A stretch of 64,000 nt of DNA from Pseudomonadota bacterium (GCA_021806605.1 JAJZQY010000001.1:16937-80936); one strand, 5' to 3'. Positions 42,176-52,102 are shown, numbered from the stretch's first letter. Made by a program: numbers and translations. Notes: generated by a model from the sequence alone, not told the origin.

Positions 42176-42257
42176 AAAACCACTCCTCGATCAGGATGAG
42201 GAATATCAACCCGCCAAACTCGATGGCTATTTCGGTCAGAATTTGCTGTGTAAACAT
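42156..42257 (-). CDS. Candidate 33-aa single-TM small protein
   Basis: GGAG RBS 6 nt before ATG; MFTQQILTEIAIEFGGLIFLILIEEWFFNPKHS; AT-rich promoter-like upstream region. Confidence 0.45.
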   Translation of the reverse strand: MFTQQILTEIAIEFGGLIFLILIEEWFFNPKHS

Positions 42258-42337
42258 GTCGCGCTCCGGTTGAATGACAACGCAACCAGTCTAAGCAGAC
42301 AATGTTAAGGAATGATTATAAGCAAATGACAATATTG

Positions 42338-43356
<1,019 letters not shown>

Positions 43357-43366
43357 TCAAATTGCC

Positions 43367-43429
43367 GCAACGTCCCTGTTTCCAGGGAGCGAAACTCATG
43401 CTACCAGTTTCTCCCGTTGCTGAGCAACG
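43367..43429. other. Candidate structured RNA element (three-way junction with a competing hairpin)
   Basis: GCAACG/CGTTGC closing stem, TCCCTG/CAGGGA and GAAACT/AGTTTC inner stems, second GCAACG at 43424. Confidence 0.35.
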
Positions 43430-43449
43430 AGCCATTCCTCCAGTCGACT

Positions 43450-44721
43450 TCAGAACTGGTAGATGGCATCCATGGCATAAGTGTTTTGCGTGTTTCTCCC
43501 CGTGCCATCAGGTTGCAGGAATGCATTCTGGCTTGATTTGTCGAACCGTACCTCGCCACGCAACTCAACATTTTTCACGGGAATGTAACCAACAGTAAAG
43601 GTATTCGATTTGAGTCTTTGCGCAACCGGAGTGCCGAGAATGAAGGGGATGCCTAGCAGGGAATTGCCGGTCAAGTTCGAGCGGTAGCCATCCCGGTCGT
43701 TGAAATTCTCGTTCCGATACGAGAAGCGCCAAGCATCGCTGACCTGATAATTCGCATACACGGCCAGCGAATCCCATTTGGCAGTGCCCACGCTTCCCAG
43801 AGCGCCTGGAATAGCGGCGTTGTTCTGGCTGCCGTTTGCATAGTCGAATACGAAGTTCAGCTTTTCCGTTGCATTGAGGGTACCTACCATGTCCAGGTAT
43901 TTGCGGCTGCCTACCCCGCCTACAGAAGTTAGTCCATTCTGAAGGATCTGGGCATTTTCCTTACCCTGATAATAAGTGGTTGCCAGGGAAAACAGGCCGC
44001 TGGGGGTAATATCGAGTCCGAGTTCCGCTGTTTTGCTGGAAGTGGTAGAAGTGACCTGATCCCAGCCGTTGTTCACGCCCGCAATCAAAGTTATCTTGTC
44101 GCTTGCAGCATAAGTCGCCCTCAGCCCGGTATGGGTGTAAGGGCCCCAGCCGAACATCCAGGAGTGGGTATAGTTCTTGTTGGATGGGCTGGTGATCAGC
44201 TCTGCCCCTGCAAGGGTGGCGAATTTTCCGCCGATGACGGTCAAGGAGCCGACTGCGTAGCTGACATAGGCCTGGGTCATATCGAACATATGGTTGTTAT
44301 TGCCGCCTCCCAGACCCGTTGAAGCGATTGTTGCAGCATCCTGGCCCGAGGTCAGATTCACATAACCGCCAAATCCTTCCTTGGGTTGCTTTGCGATGAT
44401 GACCGCGAATTGCTGCAAATTGAAGCTGTTGAAATCATGAGTGCTTGTCGCTCCCGGCGTATCGAATATGTGCGTATTCTGGGCGACTCCGCCAGGATAG
44501 CTCGTCCCTGGGGTTGCGCTGGTGAAGAGCCCTGTGCTGTTCATGCTGTTGTAAGCGGCGTCGAAATAACCTGTCAGGGAAACTCCGGAAGCACCCAAAA
44601 CATCGGGAAGCGAGGGAACTGCAGATTTGTCATCGGCTAATGCAGCCATAGGAGGCAATACGGCGCAAACAAGAATGATTGTACGGATGCGCTTCCCTAG
44701 AAATATATTTTTATGAATCAA
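43450..44721 (-). CDS. Outer membrane beta-barrel porin (BBP2/DUF1597-like)
   Basis: Signal peptide, QAYVSY, GKFATLAGAE, PYTHTGLR, NGWD, C-terminal YQF; composition visibly more AT-rich than neighbours. Confidence 0.8.
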   Translation of the reverse strand: MIHKNIFLGKRIRTIILVCAVLPPMAALADDKSAVPSLPDVLGASGVSLTGYFDAAYNSMNSTGLFTSATPGTSYPGGVAQNTHIFDTPGATSTHDFNSFNLQQFAVIIAKQPKEGFGGYVNLTSGQDAATIASTGLGGGNNNHMFDMTQAYVSYAVGSLTVIGGKFATLAGAELITSPSNKNYTHSWMFGWGPYTHTGLRATYAASDKITLIAGVNNGWDQVTSTTSSKTAELGLDITPSGLFSLATTYYQGKENAQILQNGLTSVGGVGSRKYLDMVGTLNATEKLNFVFDYANGSQNNAAIPGALGSVGTAKWDSLAVYANYQVSDAWRFSYRNENFNDRDGYRSNLTGNSLLGIPFILGTPVAQRLKSNTFTVGYIPVKNVELRGEVRFDKSSQNAFLQPDGTGRNTQNTYAMDAIYQF

Positions 44722-44890
44722 TTTACTAAAATGTAATTAGCGCCACGATCAGAATCGCGACAGGGATTGACAAACAGCGTACAAGATTTCGAGCGTTGCG
44801 CCTTTATTGGGGAAGGCACAACCCCATTATGCTGCAGGATTCGCCGCCAAATCCATATAGGGCGTCTTAATTGAAATACGGTGTTGGTGC

Positions 44891-45118
44891 TCAGCCATGA
44901 TTCGAACTTTTTTGTGTCGAGGCGTGATGGTCGCGACTGGATTTCGATTTTGCGGCGAGCGCATGATTCCTGGCAGCCGACTCTTGCTGTGCCTGCATGC
45001 GCTCCAGGGTTCTGACTTCGGGGTGTTTGACCATGAACCATGCAGGCGGCTGGGCAGAGGCCTGCAGTGCAACCATGGCCAGGAGCATACCCGGCAGCGT
45101 TAGAAAATATTTATTCAT
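44891..45118 (-). CDS. Small secreted hypothetical protein
   Basis: GAGGAG RBS, signal peptide MNKYFLTLPGMLLAMVALQASA, basic/His-rich tail. Confidence 0.55.
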   Translation of the reverse strand: MNKYFLTLPGMLLAMVALQASAQPPAWFMVKHPEVRTLERMQAQQESAARNHALAAKSKSSRDHHASTQKSSNHG

Positions 45119-45459
45119 GACGATCTCCTCAAAATTCATTTAATGACATGCTTTTTCAAATGCGGATGAATTCCTGTTGTGCCAATCCGCAACCTGCTGC
45201 ATGGACTTGCATCAACACACGATAGTTCCTCGAAATTGGGTGAAAAAAAATGAAAAATACTTCATGCGGAAAATCCGCAGCGCGATTTGGAAAGGTTGCT
45301 GTTTAAGTTCGGTGGCGTGCAATCGTCAAGTTCTGATCTTCAGCGTCACCTGTTCTGCCGAGCAATTCAATGGCTATGCCCGGCATGGACGCATCGATAT
45401 GGGAAATGCAAATTGCCTCTGCTGTTGCCAGGACGACGAAAAAAGGATAATTTTCAGAA

Positions 45460-45960
45460 ATGCACCGATTACCAGACAAACAGGAAGCTGCAGCAGCAAA
45501 AAGACTCGGCGGCATGCTGCTGGACTGCGATCTTTTCAGCAGCTTCGATCGCCTCGAGATCGACGCCATCGTTCCCTATTTCAGCCTCATCGAAGTCGAA
45601 AAGAGCGGTGTGGTATTTCGGGAAGGCGATCCCGGAACATTCATGTGCATCGTCATTTCCGGCATGGTTTCCATATCGAAGAGCCGATACGACGGGACCG
45701 CGGTCGAAATTGCCACGCTTCACGAAGGGCGGCCATTCGGTGAAATGGCTGTGCTCGACGGCGAAAGACGGTCCGCCACCTGCTGCGCGGCAACGCAGTG
45801 CACCCTGCTGACCTTGTCGAAGGATGGGCTGGACAGCATGATACTCCATGCTCCCGCCATTGCAGCCAAGGTGGTGCGTGTAATCGCAGTATCGCTCTCG
45901 AAAAGATTGCGCCTGGCTGACGGACAGCTCGTCGATCGCAGGAGCGGCAATTCCTATTGA
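45460..45960 (+). CDS. Stand-alone cyclic nucleotide-binding domain protein
   Basis: VFREGDPG, FGEMAVLDG..RSAT; no HTH. Confidence 0.88.
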   Translation: MHRLPDKQEAAAAKRLGGMLLDCDLFSSFDRLEIDAIVPYFSLIEVEKSGVVFREGDPGTFMCIVISGMVSISKSRYDGTAVEIATLHEGRPFGEMAVLDGERRSATCCAATQCTLLTLSKDGLDSMILHAPAIAAKVVRVIAVSLSKRLRLADGQLVDRRSGNSY

Positions 45961-46082
45961 CAGGACTGCCATTCGGGCAAAGCCCCCCAAAGAATTTTCA
46001 CGGCCCTTATCGACTATATTGTTAGGTATGCGGACAGAACAGGCTGATACCCGATCATAAACAGGTTCCCACGGGTGAAGAC

Positions 46083-46205
46083 TTGGCCCATCGCGATGAA
46101 GAAAAGGAGCATGCCTCGATGGCACCGGAATGGATACGCCGTCCCGTCTTTTCGAAGGAGCTGCGGGTCTGTTTTTTCACGGACAAGCACATTGCTCACG
46201 AGTAG
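46083..46205 (+). pseudogene. C-terminal remnant of an encapsulin-associated ferritin-like protein
   Basis: Frame reads LAHRDEEKEHASMAPEWIRRPVFSKELRVCFFTDKHIAHE*, matching the EncFtn 'LAHNRDEEKEHAxMxLEWIRR..P.F.KEL...LFT' tail; N-terminal half absent. Confidence 0.7.
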
Positions 46206-46208
46206 CTC

Positions 46209-48866
46209 ATGACGCAACTCGACTGGCATGCGATCGAAGCGAGCGAGGTGGCCGAACACTTCCATGTCGACCCTGGCCGCGGACTCGACGAATCGGAAGC
46301 CGCAGCGAGATTGAAACAATACGGCCCGAACCGACCGAACATCCGGAATGGACGCGGCCCTTTCGCCAGATTCCTATCGCAACTCGTCCAGCCGCTGGTT
46401 CTGGTGCTGATCGCCTCGGGCGGCGTGACTGCCCTGCTGGGCGAATGGATCGATGCCGGAACGATATTCGGCATCGTTCTGCTCAATGCGCTGGTCGGTT
46501 TCATCCAGGAAGGCAAAGCGGAAGCAGCGCTTGCCGCGCTCGCTCGGGCCATCGCATCTGAGGCAACGGTATTGCGTTCCGGCACGCGGCGCCAAGTGAA
46601 TGCTGCTGAACTGGTTCCAGGCGATACCGTAGTCCTGTCCGCCGGAGACAAGGTTCCCGCCGACCTGCGTCTCTTGGATGCCGCAGAATTGAAGACTTCG
46701 GAAGCTGCGCTCACGGGCGAGTCGGTTCCCGTGGACAAGCATGAAAGCGCGCTGGCTCAGAATACGCCTCTCGCTGACCGCTGCAACATGGCCTATGGCG
46801 GCACGCTGGTGGCCAGCGGACGGGGAACCGGAATCGTGATCGCCACGGGCGATGCCACCGAAACCGGACAGATTGCAGGTCTGATCGCTCAGGCGCCGGA
46901 TCTCGCCACGCCCCTGACGCGCAAGATCGACGCGTTCGCCAAGCGCCTGCTTGCGGCGATCCTGACCCTTTCCGCGCTGACCTTCGCCATCGGCGTCATG
47001 CGCGGGGAGTCGGTCTTCGACATGTTCATGGCAGTGGTGGCTCTGGCCGTGGGCGCAATTCCCGAAGGCCTGCCGGCAGCCATGACCGTGACACTCGCCA
47101 TAGGCGTCGCCCGCATGGCGAAGCGCCGCGCCGTCATCCGGGAACTGCCCGCGGTCGAGGCGCTTGGCAGCACCACGGTCATCTGTTCGGACAAAACCGG
47201 AACCTTGACCGAGAACGCGATGACGGTCCGTGAAATCTGGGCGGGAGGCGACACATTCGCTGTTTCGGGAACAGGGTACAATCCGTCCGGCAGCATCGGC
47301 CACGGACCGATCGGGGCAGCAGGCGCGCTGCGGGAGACGCTGATGGCGGGAGCGCTCTGCAACGATGCCCGGCTTTTTCATGAGGACCGGCAATGGAAGA
47401 TTGCAGGTGATCCGACCGAGGGAGCGCTTCTGGTTGCGGCGCGCAAGGGAGGGCTCGACGAAAACACGCTGACGTCGATTTTTCCAAGGCAGGATGGGCT
47501 TTCATTCGACTCGACTCGACAATACATGGCGACGCTGCACGAAATCGAAGGAGCGCGCATCATTTACGTCAAAGGCGCCGTGGAAAAACTTCTGTCCGCC
47601 TGCACAGCCATGCTGGACCACGAGGGGCAAGAGGCCGCGCTCGATGTTTCTAAAATTCATGCCGCAGTTGCCAAAATGACCGGGGAAGGCCTGCGCGTGT
47701 TGGCCTTGTCCAGATCGATCCTCGAACCGAACCGGCAACTCGACGATGCCAGAATCCGCGAAGGCCTGGTATTTCTCGGACTCGCCGGCATGATCGACCC
47801 ACCCCGGCCACATGCCATTGCGGCAGTACACACCTGTCAACGAGCGGGAATCAGGGTGAAAATGATCACCGGCGACCATCCCGGCACGGCTGTCGCCATC
47901 GCCCGCCAACTGGGCATCGTCAGGGATGGAGGCCGTGCGCTGACCGGACGGGATCTCGCCGGAATCGAAGATGAGGCATTGTCGCGAGCCGTGGCGCAGG
48001 TCGATGTGTTCGCGCGGGTGGAACCCGAGCAGAAGCTGCGGCTGGTGAAAGCGCTGCAGGCCTCTGGCGAAGTGGTGGCGATGACCGGGGACGGGGTCAA
48101 CGATGCGCCAGCGCTCAAGCAGGCTGATATCGGCGTGGCGATGGGCCTGGGGGGGACCGAAGTGGCCAAGGAAGCCGCGGCCATGGTGCTGACCGACGAC
48201 AACTTCGCCACCATCGAGGCGGCCGTGGAGGAAGGGCGCGGCATTTACGACAATCTCGTCAAGTTCATCGCCTGGACCGTACCGACCAATGCCAGCGAAG
48301 GTCTCGTGATTCTCGCCGCCGTTTTCGCAGGCACGGTCCTGCCGATTTCGCCGCTGCAGATTCTCTGGATCAACATGACCACTTCCATCCTGCTCGGGAT
48401 GATGCTTGCATTCGAACCGGCAGAAGAAGGCATCATGCACCGCCCGCCTCGCCCGCCGAATGCGCCTATCCTCGATCGCATCCTGATCCTGCGCACATTG
48501 CTGGTCAGCCTGTTCATGCTGACAGGTGCGTTCGGCCTGTTCGAATTTTCCATGCACCGCGGGAAATCCATGGCCGAAGCCCAAACCATGGCCGCCAATC
48601 TTTTCGTGATGGTCGAAATCTTTTATCTGTTCAATTGTCGCTCGATCACACGCCCATTCCGGTCGGCGGGAAAGAATGCCTGGGTATGGATGGGCAGCGG
48701 CGCGATGATGCTCCTGCAGATGGCCTTCACCTACCTGCCGACCTTCAACCATGTCTTCCAGACCGAACCGATCGGCATCGTGGAATGGGCTGCGATCATC
48801 GGGATTGCGGCAGCCTGTTCGCTGGCTGTCGAAGCCGAAAAATGGTGGCGCTCGGCCAGAACATAG
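46209..48866 (+). CDS. Cation-transporting P-type ATPase (P2A, Ca2+-type)
   Basis: TGES, PEGL, DKTGT, KGA, TGDH, GDGVND, ILWIN. Confidence 0.93.
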   Translation: MTQLDWHAIEASEVAEHFHVDPGRGLDESEAAARLKQYGPNRPNIRNGRGPFARFLSQLVQPLVLVLIASGGVTALLGEWIDAGTIFGIVLLNALVGFIQEGKAEAALAALARAIASEATVLRSGTRRQVNAAELVPGDTVVLSAGDKVPADLRLLDAAELKTSEAALTGESVPVDKHESALAQNTPLADRCNMAYGGTLVASGRGTGIVIATGDATETGQIAGLIAQAPDLATPLTRKIDAFAKRLLAAILTLSALTFAIGVMRGESVFDMFMAVVALAVGAIPEGLPAAMTVTLAIGVARMAKRRAVIRELPAVEALGSTTVICSDKTGTLTENAMTVREIWAGGDTFAVSGTGYNPSGSIGHGPIGAAGALRETLMAGALCNDARLFHEDRQWKIAGDPTEGALLVAARKGGLDENTLTSIFPRQDGLSFDSTRQYMATLHEIEGARIIYVKGAVEKLLSACTAMLDHEGQEAALDVSKIHAAVAKMTGEGLRVLALSRSILEPNRQLDDARIREGLVFLGLAGMIDPPRPHAIAAVHTCQRAGIRVKMITGDHPGTAVAIARQLGIVRDGGRALTGRDLAGIEDEALSRAVAQVDVFARVEPEQKLRLVKALQASGEVVAMTGDGVNDAPALKQADIGVAMGLGGTEVAKEAAAMVLTDDNFATIEAAVEEGRGIYDNLVKFIAWTVPTNASEGLVILAAVFAGTVLPISPLQILWINMTTSILLGMMLAFEPAEEGIMHRPPRPPNAPILDRILILRTLLVSLFMLTGAFGLFEFSMHRGKSMAEAQTMAANLFVMVEIFYLFNCRSITRPFRSAGKNAWVWMGSGAMMLLQMAFTYLPTFNHVFQTEPIGIVEWAAIIGIAAACSLAVEAEKWWRSART

Positions 48867-48877
48867 CTGCTTTCGTT

Positions 48878-49165
48878 TCAGGCGAGGATGCGGAAGAAAG
48901 CCGGGTTGGGCTTGTAATGATAGGAAAGACCGTGACGCGCGCCGCGCATCAGGAAGCCGACCTGGCAGAGGTACTTGATGGTGTTGCTGAGCTGGGCGCG
49001 GGTGATGGCGAGCCGTTCTTCGAGCCTGGCCTTGGAAACCACTTCCCCGGTAACCGGCAATTCGTTAACCATGTGCCAGAGCACCTGGTTGGCCACCCGG
49101 GTCATGGCGTTTTCCTGCAGTGCGCGCAGACCCGCGCTCGTGATCACGACATTTCTGCTGCTCAT
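48878..49165 (-). CDS. Small winged-HTH-like protein (RepL-like hypothetical)
   Basis: GGAGG RBS; HTH-like LEERLAITRAQLSNTIKYL followed by wing and YKPNPAFF. Confidence 0.55.
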   Translation of the reverse strand: MSSRNVVITSAGLRALQENAMTRVANQVLWHMVNELPVTGEVVSKARLEERLAITRAQLSNTIKYLCQVGFLMRGARHGLSYHYKPNPAFFRILA

Positions 49166-49356
49166 TGCCGAAACCTCCCATCGTACGGTTTTCGGCAATA
49201 TTACCGTTTTCGCGACGCTTGTCAAACCGAATGCCTGAAACGGCTCGCAGAGAATTTCTCAACCTGGAATATTTTACATTAAAAACAGATGGATAAGAAA
49301 TTCACGGATTGCTTCGGAATCTCGTCCCAAACCGGCTGGGTGCCCGATTCGGGCCG

Positions 49357-49380
49357 CTAGGGCCTGTTAACAGGCCCTAG
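49357..49380. repeat. Perfect 24-bp palindrome, probable collapsed IS5-family/MITE ends
   Basis: CTAGGGCCTGTT|AACAGGCCCTAG. Confidence 0.7.
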
Positions 49381-49401
49381 TATATTTTTCGATACGAAGC
49401 T

Positions 49402-50004
49402 TCAGAATCCCAGGCTGCTCAGCAGATCGTCCACTTCGCCCTGATCTGAAACGATGTCGCTGCGCCCTTCCTTCTTCACTACAGGGCCGTTCATCAAGCC
49501 TTCGTCCTTGGGTGAATCCGGCCTGCTGATGAGCAGAATATTCACCAGTTGATGCTCCATGTCCTGGGCAAGCCGGGTAACCTTCTTGATTACCTGCCCG
49601 GTGAGATCCTGAAAATCCTGCGCCATCAGGATGTCGGTAAGCTGATTCGAGGTTTCGCGCGTACGCGCGGGAATACTGTCGAGGAAATCCTGGATCTTCT
49701 CCCCGAGCCCGGAAGAATTGCCGGAATTGCGCCATTCCTCGGAAAGGGCGAGCGCTGCGGTTTCCAGTTCGCCTTGTATGGGCAACGCCTTCTCCACTGC
49801 ACCCAGAACCCGCTGCGCCGCCTGCTCGGTCAACTGCGCGATGTAATTGAGCCTGTCCTGGGTATCCGGCAGGTCACCCGCCATCTTCTGCATTGCTTCA
49901 TCGGCACCCAGCTCCCTCAATGTGCCATGAAGCTGGCGCACCAGGTGCCCGAGTTCGGCATAGCCGGCTTCGGCAACGTTTTCTTCTTCGCGTTCGCTCA
50001 CCAT
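49402..50004 (-). CDS. cheZ: CheY-P phosphatase CheZ
   Basis: RLNYIAQLTEQAA, ILMAQDFQDLTGQVIKK, QGEVDDLLSSLGF; start ATG 50004. Confidence 0.93.
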   Translation of the reverse strand: MVSEREEENVAEAGYAELGHLVRQLHGTLRELGADEAMQKMAGDLPDTQDRLNYIAQLTEQAAQRVLGAVEKALPIQGELETAALALSEEWRNSGNSSGLGEKIQDFLDSIPARTRETSNQLTDILMAQDFQDLTGQVIKKVTRLAQDMEHQLVNILLISRPDSPKDEGLMNGPVVKKEGRSDIVSDQGEVDDLLSSLGF

Positions 50005-50113
50005 CCCTCCAGCCTTTATTATTTTCACCAGTTTGCCACAGCGGCAGGAGTTTTGCGACACCATTTGCAGACATGCACTGTCCGATTGTTAGCAACAATT
50101 AGCACTGCCCAGT

Positions 50114-50156
50114 TTGACAGACGCACAACATTTCCATATTATTCGAAATATGGAAA
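50114..50156 (+). promoter_or_regulatory. ars promoter and ArsR operator
   Basis: TTGACA(50114)-17-TATTAT(50137); TTTCCATATT-6-AATATGGAAA inverted repeat (50131-50156) covering the -10 and the ATG. Confidence 0.75.
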
Positions 50157-50470
50157 CATTGAACGCAGCGGAACTGCTCGCCGCCCTGGGACACGAATCC
50201 CGCCTGTCGATTTACCGCCGCCTTGTGGAGGCGGGACCGGACGGCATGAATGCGAGCGCCATAGGGGAAAACTTGGGGATCGCCCCTGCCACCCTTTCCT
50301 TCCACCTCGCCCACCTGAACCGGGTCGGTCTGATCCGGGGAAGGCAGGAAAGCCGCTTCATCTACTATTGCGCAGACTACGGCGTGATGGATGATCTGCT
50401 CTCGTTCCTGACCGACAACTGCTGCAAGGGTAGCCAAGCTTGCCTGCCCAAGACCCAGTCACTGAAATGA
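50150..50470 (+). CDS. arsR: ArsR/SmtB repressor with C-terminal Cys cluster
   Basis: LAALGHESRL, ATLSFHL, DNCC..C As(III) site. Confidence 0.92.
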   Translation: METLNAAELLAALGHESRLSIYRRLVEAGPDGMNASAIGENLGIAPATLSFHLAHLNRVGLIRGRQESRFIYYCADYGVMDDLLSFLTDNCCKGSQACLPKTQSLK

Positions 50471-50519
50471 AAGCCGTGGCCGCAAGACCCATACCCCCCA
50501 CTATCCAGGAAAGCCCAAC

Positions 50520-50939
50520 ATGAACAAAACAGTCCTGGTGCTCTGCACCGGAAACTCCTGCCGCTCCCAAATGGCAGAAGCCATCCTCAACCACGACCTC
50601 GCTGGACAGATCCGTGCGATTTCGGCAGGAACGAAGCCGCAGCCCAGGGTGGCCGAGGGCGCCATCGAGGCATTGAAGCTCGCGAATCTCCCTGTGGAGG
50701 GACTGTATCCCAAGGACGTGGATGAAGTCATGAATGAAACCATAGACCTCGTCGTGACCGTTTGCGACAACGCCAGGGAGGCCTGCCCGGTTTTCCCGCG
50801 GCAGGTAAGAACCATTCATCTTCCCTTTCATGACCCCCACGGCGAACCCATTGAAAGCTTCGTCAGGGTTTTCGACGACATCCGCGCGAGGCTTGTCCCG
50901 GCCGTCCGGGCAGCCCTGGAGCCTCATGATGTCCTGTAA
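50520..50939 (+). CDS. arsC: Arsenate reductase (LMW-PTP, thioredoxin type)
   Basis: CTGNSCRSQMAE, VCDNAREACPVFP, DP. Confidence 0.92.
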   Translation: MNKTVLVLCTGNSCRSQMAEAILNHDLAGQIRAISAGTKPQPRVAEGAIEALKLANLPVEGLYPKDVDEVMNETIDLVVTVCDNAREACPVFPRQVRTIHLPFHDPHGEPIESFVRVFDDIRARLVPAVRAALEPHDVL

Positions 50940-51984
50940 ATCCGAGTCCGATGCCAAAATGAGCTTTTTCGAGCGGTATCTGACGCTCTGGGTATTCCTC
51001 TGCATCTTTGCCGGCATCTTTCTCGGACAGGCTGCCCCCGGGGTATTCCAGGTCATCGGCAGTCTGGAGATCGCGAAGGTCAATCTTCCCGTGGGGCTGC
51101 TCATCTGGGTGATGATCATCCCCATGCTGGTCAAGGTGGATTTCGGCGCACTGCATGAAGTGAGACGTCATGTCAGGGGAATCGGCGTCACGCTTTTCGT
51201 CAACTGGCTGGTGAAGCCTTTTTCCATGGCTATCCTGGGCTGGCTTTTCATCCGCCATCTTTTCGCCCATCTATTGCCTTCCGACCAGCTGGACAGCTAT
51301 GTCGCAGGGCTCATCCTGCTTGCCGCAGCGCCATGCACCGCGATGGTTTTCGTCTGGAGCAGGCTTTCGAACGGCGATCCGCTTTTCACCCTTTCCCAAG
51401 TGGCGCTCAACGACACCATCATGGTTTTCGCCTTCGCGCCGATAGTCGGCCTGCTGCTCGGCATCTCTTCGATTGCCGTGCCATGGAATACCCTGATGAC
51501 TTCGGTAGCGCTCTACATCGTCATTCCCGTCGCCCTCGCGCAGCTCTGGCGCAGATCGCTTCTGGCCGGCGGAAAATTCGAGGCGGCCATGAAAAGGATG
51601 GGGCCCTGGTCGATTTTCGCCCTGCTCGCCACCCTGGTATTGCTCTTTGCCCTGCAGGGGGAAGCGATCCTGAAGCAGCCGCTGGTCATCGCACTTCTTG
51701 CCGTACCCATCCTGATCCAGGTCCTGTTCAATTCGGCGCTCGCCTACTGGCTCAACCGGGTTGCCGGGGAGGCGCACAATGTCGCCTGCCCTTCGGCGCT
51801 CATCGGCGCATCGAACTTCTTCGAACTGGCTGTCGCCGCTGCGATCGGCCTGTTCGGCTTCAAGTCGGGTGCAGCCCTTGCGACCGTGGTCGGCGTGCTG
51901 ATCGAGGTGCCGGTGATGCTGCTGGTGGTGAAAACGGTAAACCGTACCAGAACCTGGTACGAAGCCGGTCTGGCGCGCCCCTGA
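50929..51984 (+). CDS. acr3: ACR3 arsenite efflux transporter
   Basis: FERYLTLWV, NWLVKPF, APCTAMVFVW, SNFFELAVA, LIEVPVML. Confidence 0.95.
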   Translation: MSCKSESDAKMSFFERYLTLWVFLCIFAGIFLGQAAPGVFQVIGSLEIAKVNLPVGLLIWVMIIPMLVKVDFGALHEVRRHVRGIGVTLFVNWLVKPFSMAILGWLFIRHLFAHLLPSDQLDSYVAGLILLAAAPCTAMVFVWSRLSNGDPLFTLSQVALNDTIMVFAFAPIVGLLLGISSIAVPWNTLMTSVALYIVIPVALAQLWRRSLLAGGKFEAAMKRMGPWSIFALLATLVLLFALQGEAILKQPLVIALLAVPILIQVLFNSALAYWLNRVAGEAHNVACPSALIGASNFFELAVAAAIGLFGFKSGAALATVVGVLIEVPVMLLVVKTVNRTRTWYEAGLARP

Positions 51985-51996
51985 TTTTCTCCAGCT

Positions 51997-52013
51997 TGCA
52001 CGATAATGGTGCA
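51997..52013. promoter_or_regulatory. NtrC-type enhancer site
   Basis: TGCACGATAATGGTGCA matches TGCAC-N7-GTGCA, ~75 bp upstream of a sigma54 site. Confidence 0.7.
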
Positions 52014-52086
52014 AGAAAACATCAAGAAGTCATTGATCAATCAAGTTATTTATTTAAATTCATAAAGTTACACTGTTTTTCAATTT

Positions 52087-52102
52087 TGGCACGCTAGTTG
52101 CT
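52087..52102 (+). promoter_or_regulatory. Sigma54 (-24/-12) promoter
   Basis: TGGCACGctagTTGCT with correct GG-N10-GC spacing; AT-rich (IHF-like) tract upstream. Confidence 0.8.

Noticed and set aside
42176..42337. RNase P RNA expected near DUF3025
   Set aside because: Gap is too short and lacks the GAGGAAAGTCC signature
46015..46205. Possible M-box or yybP-ykoY riboswitch upstream of the P-type ATPase
   Set aside because: Only scattered word matches and the core conserved elements are missing; the segment is better explained as an EncFtn coding remnant
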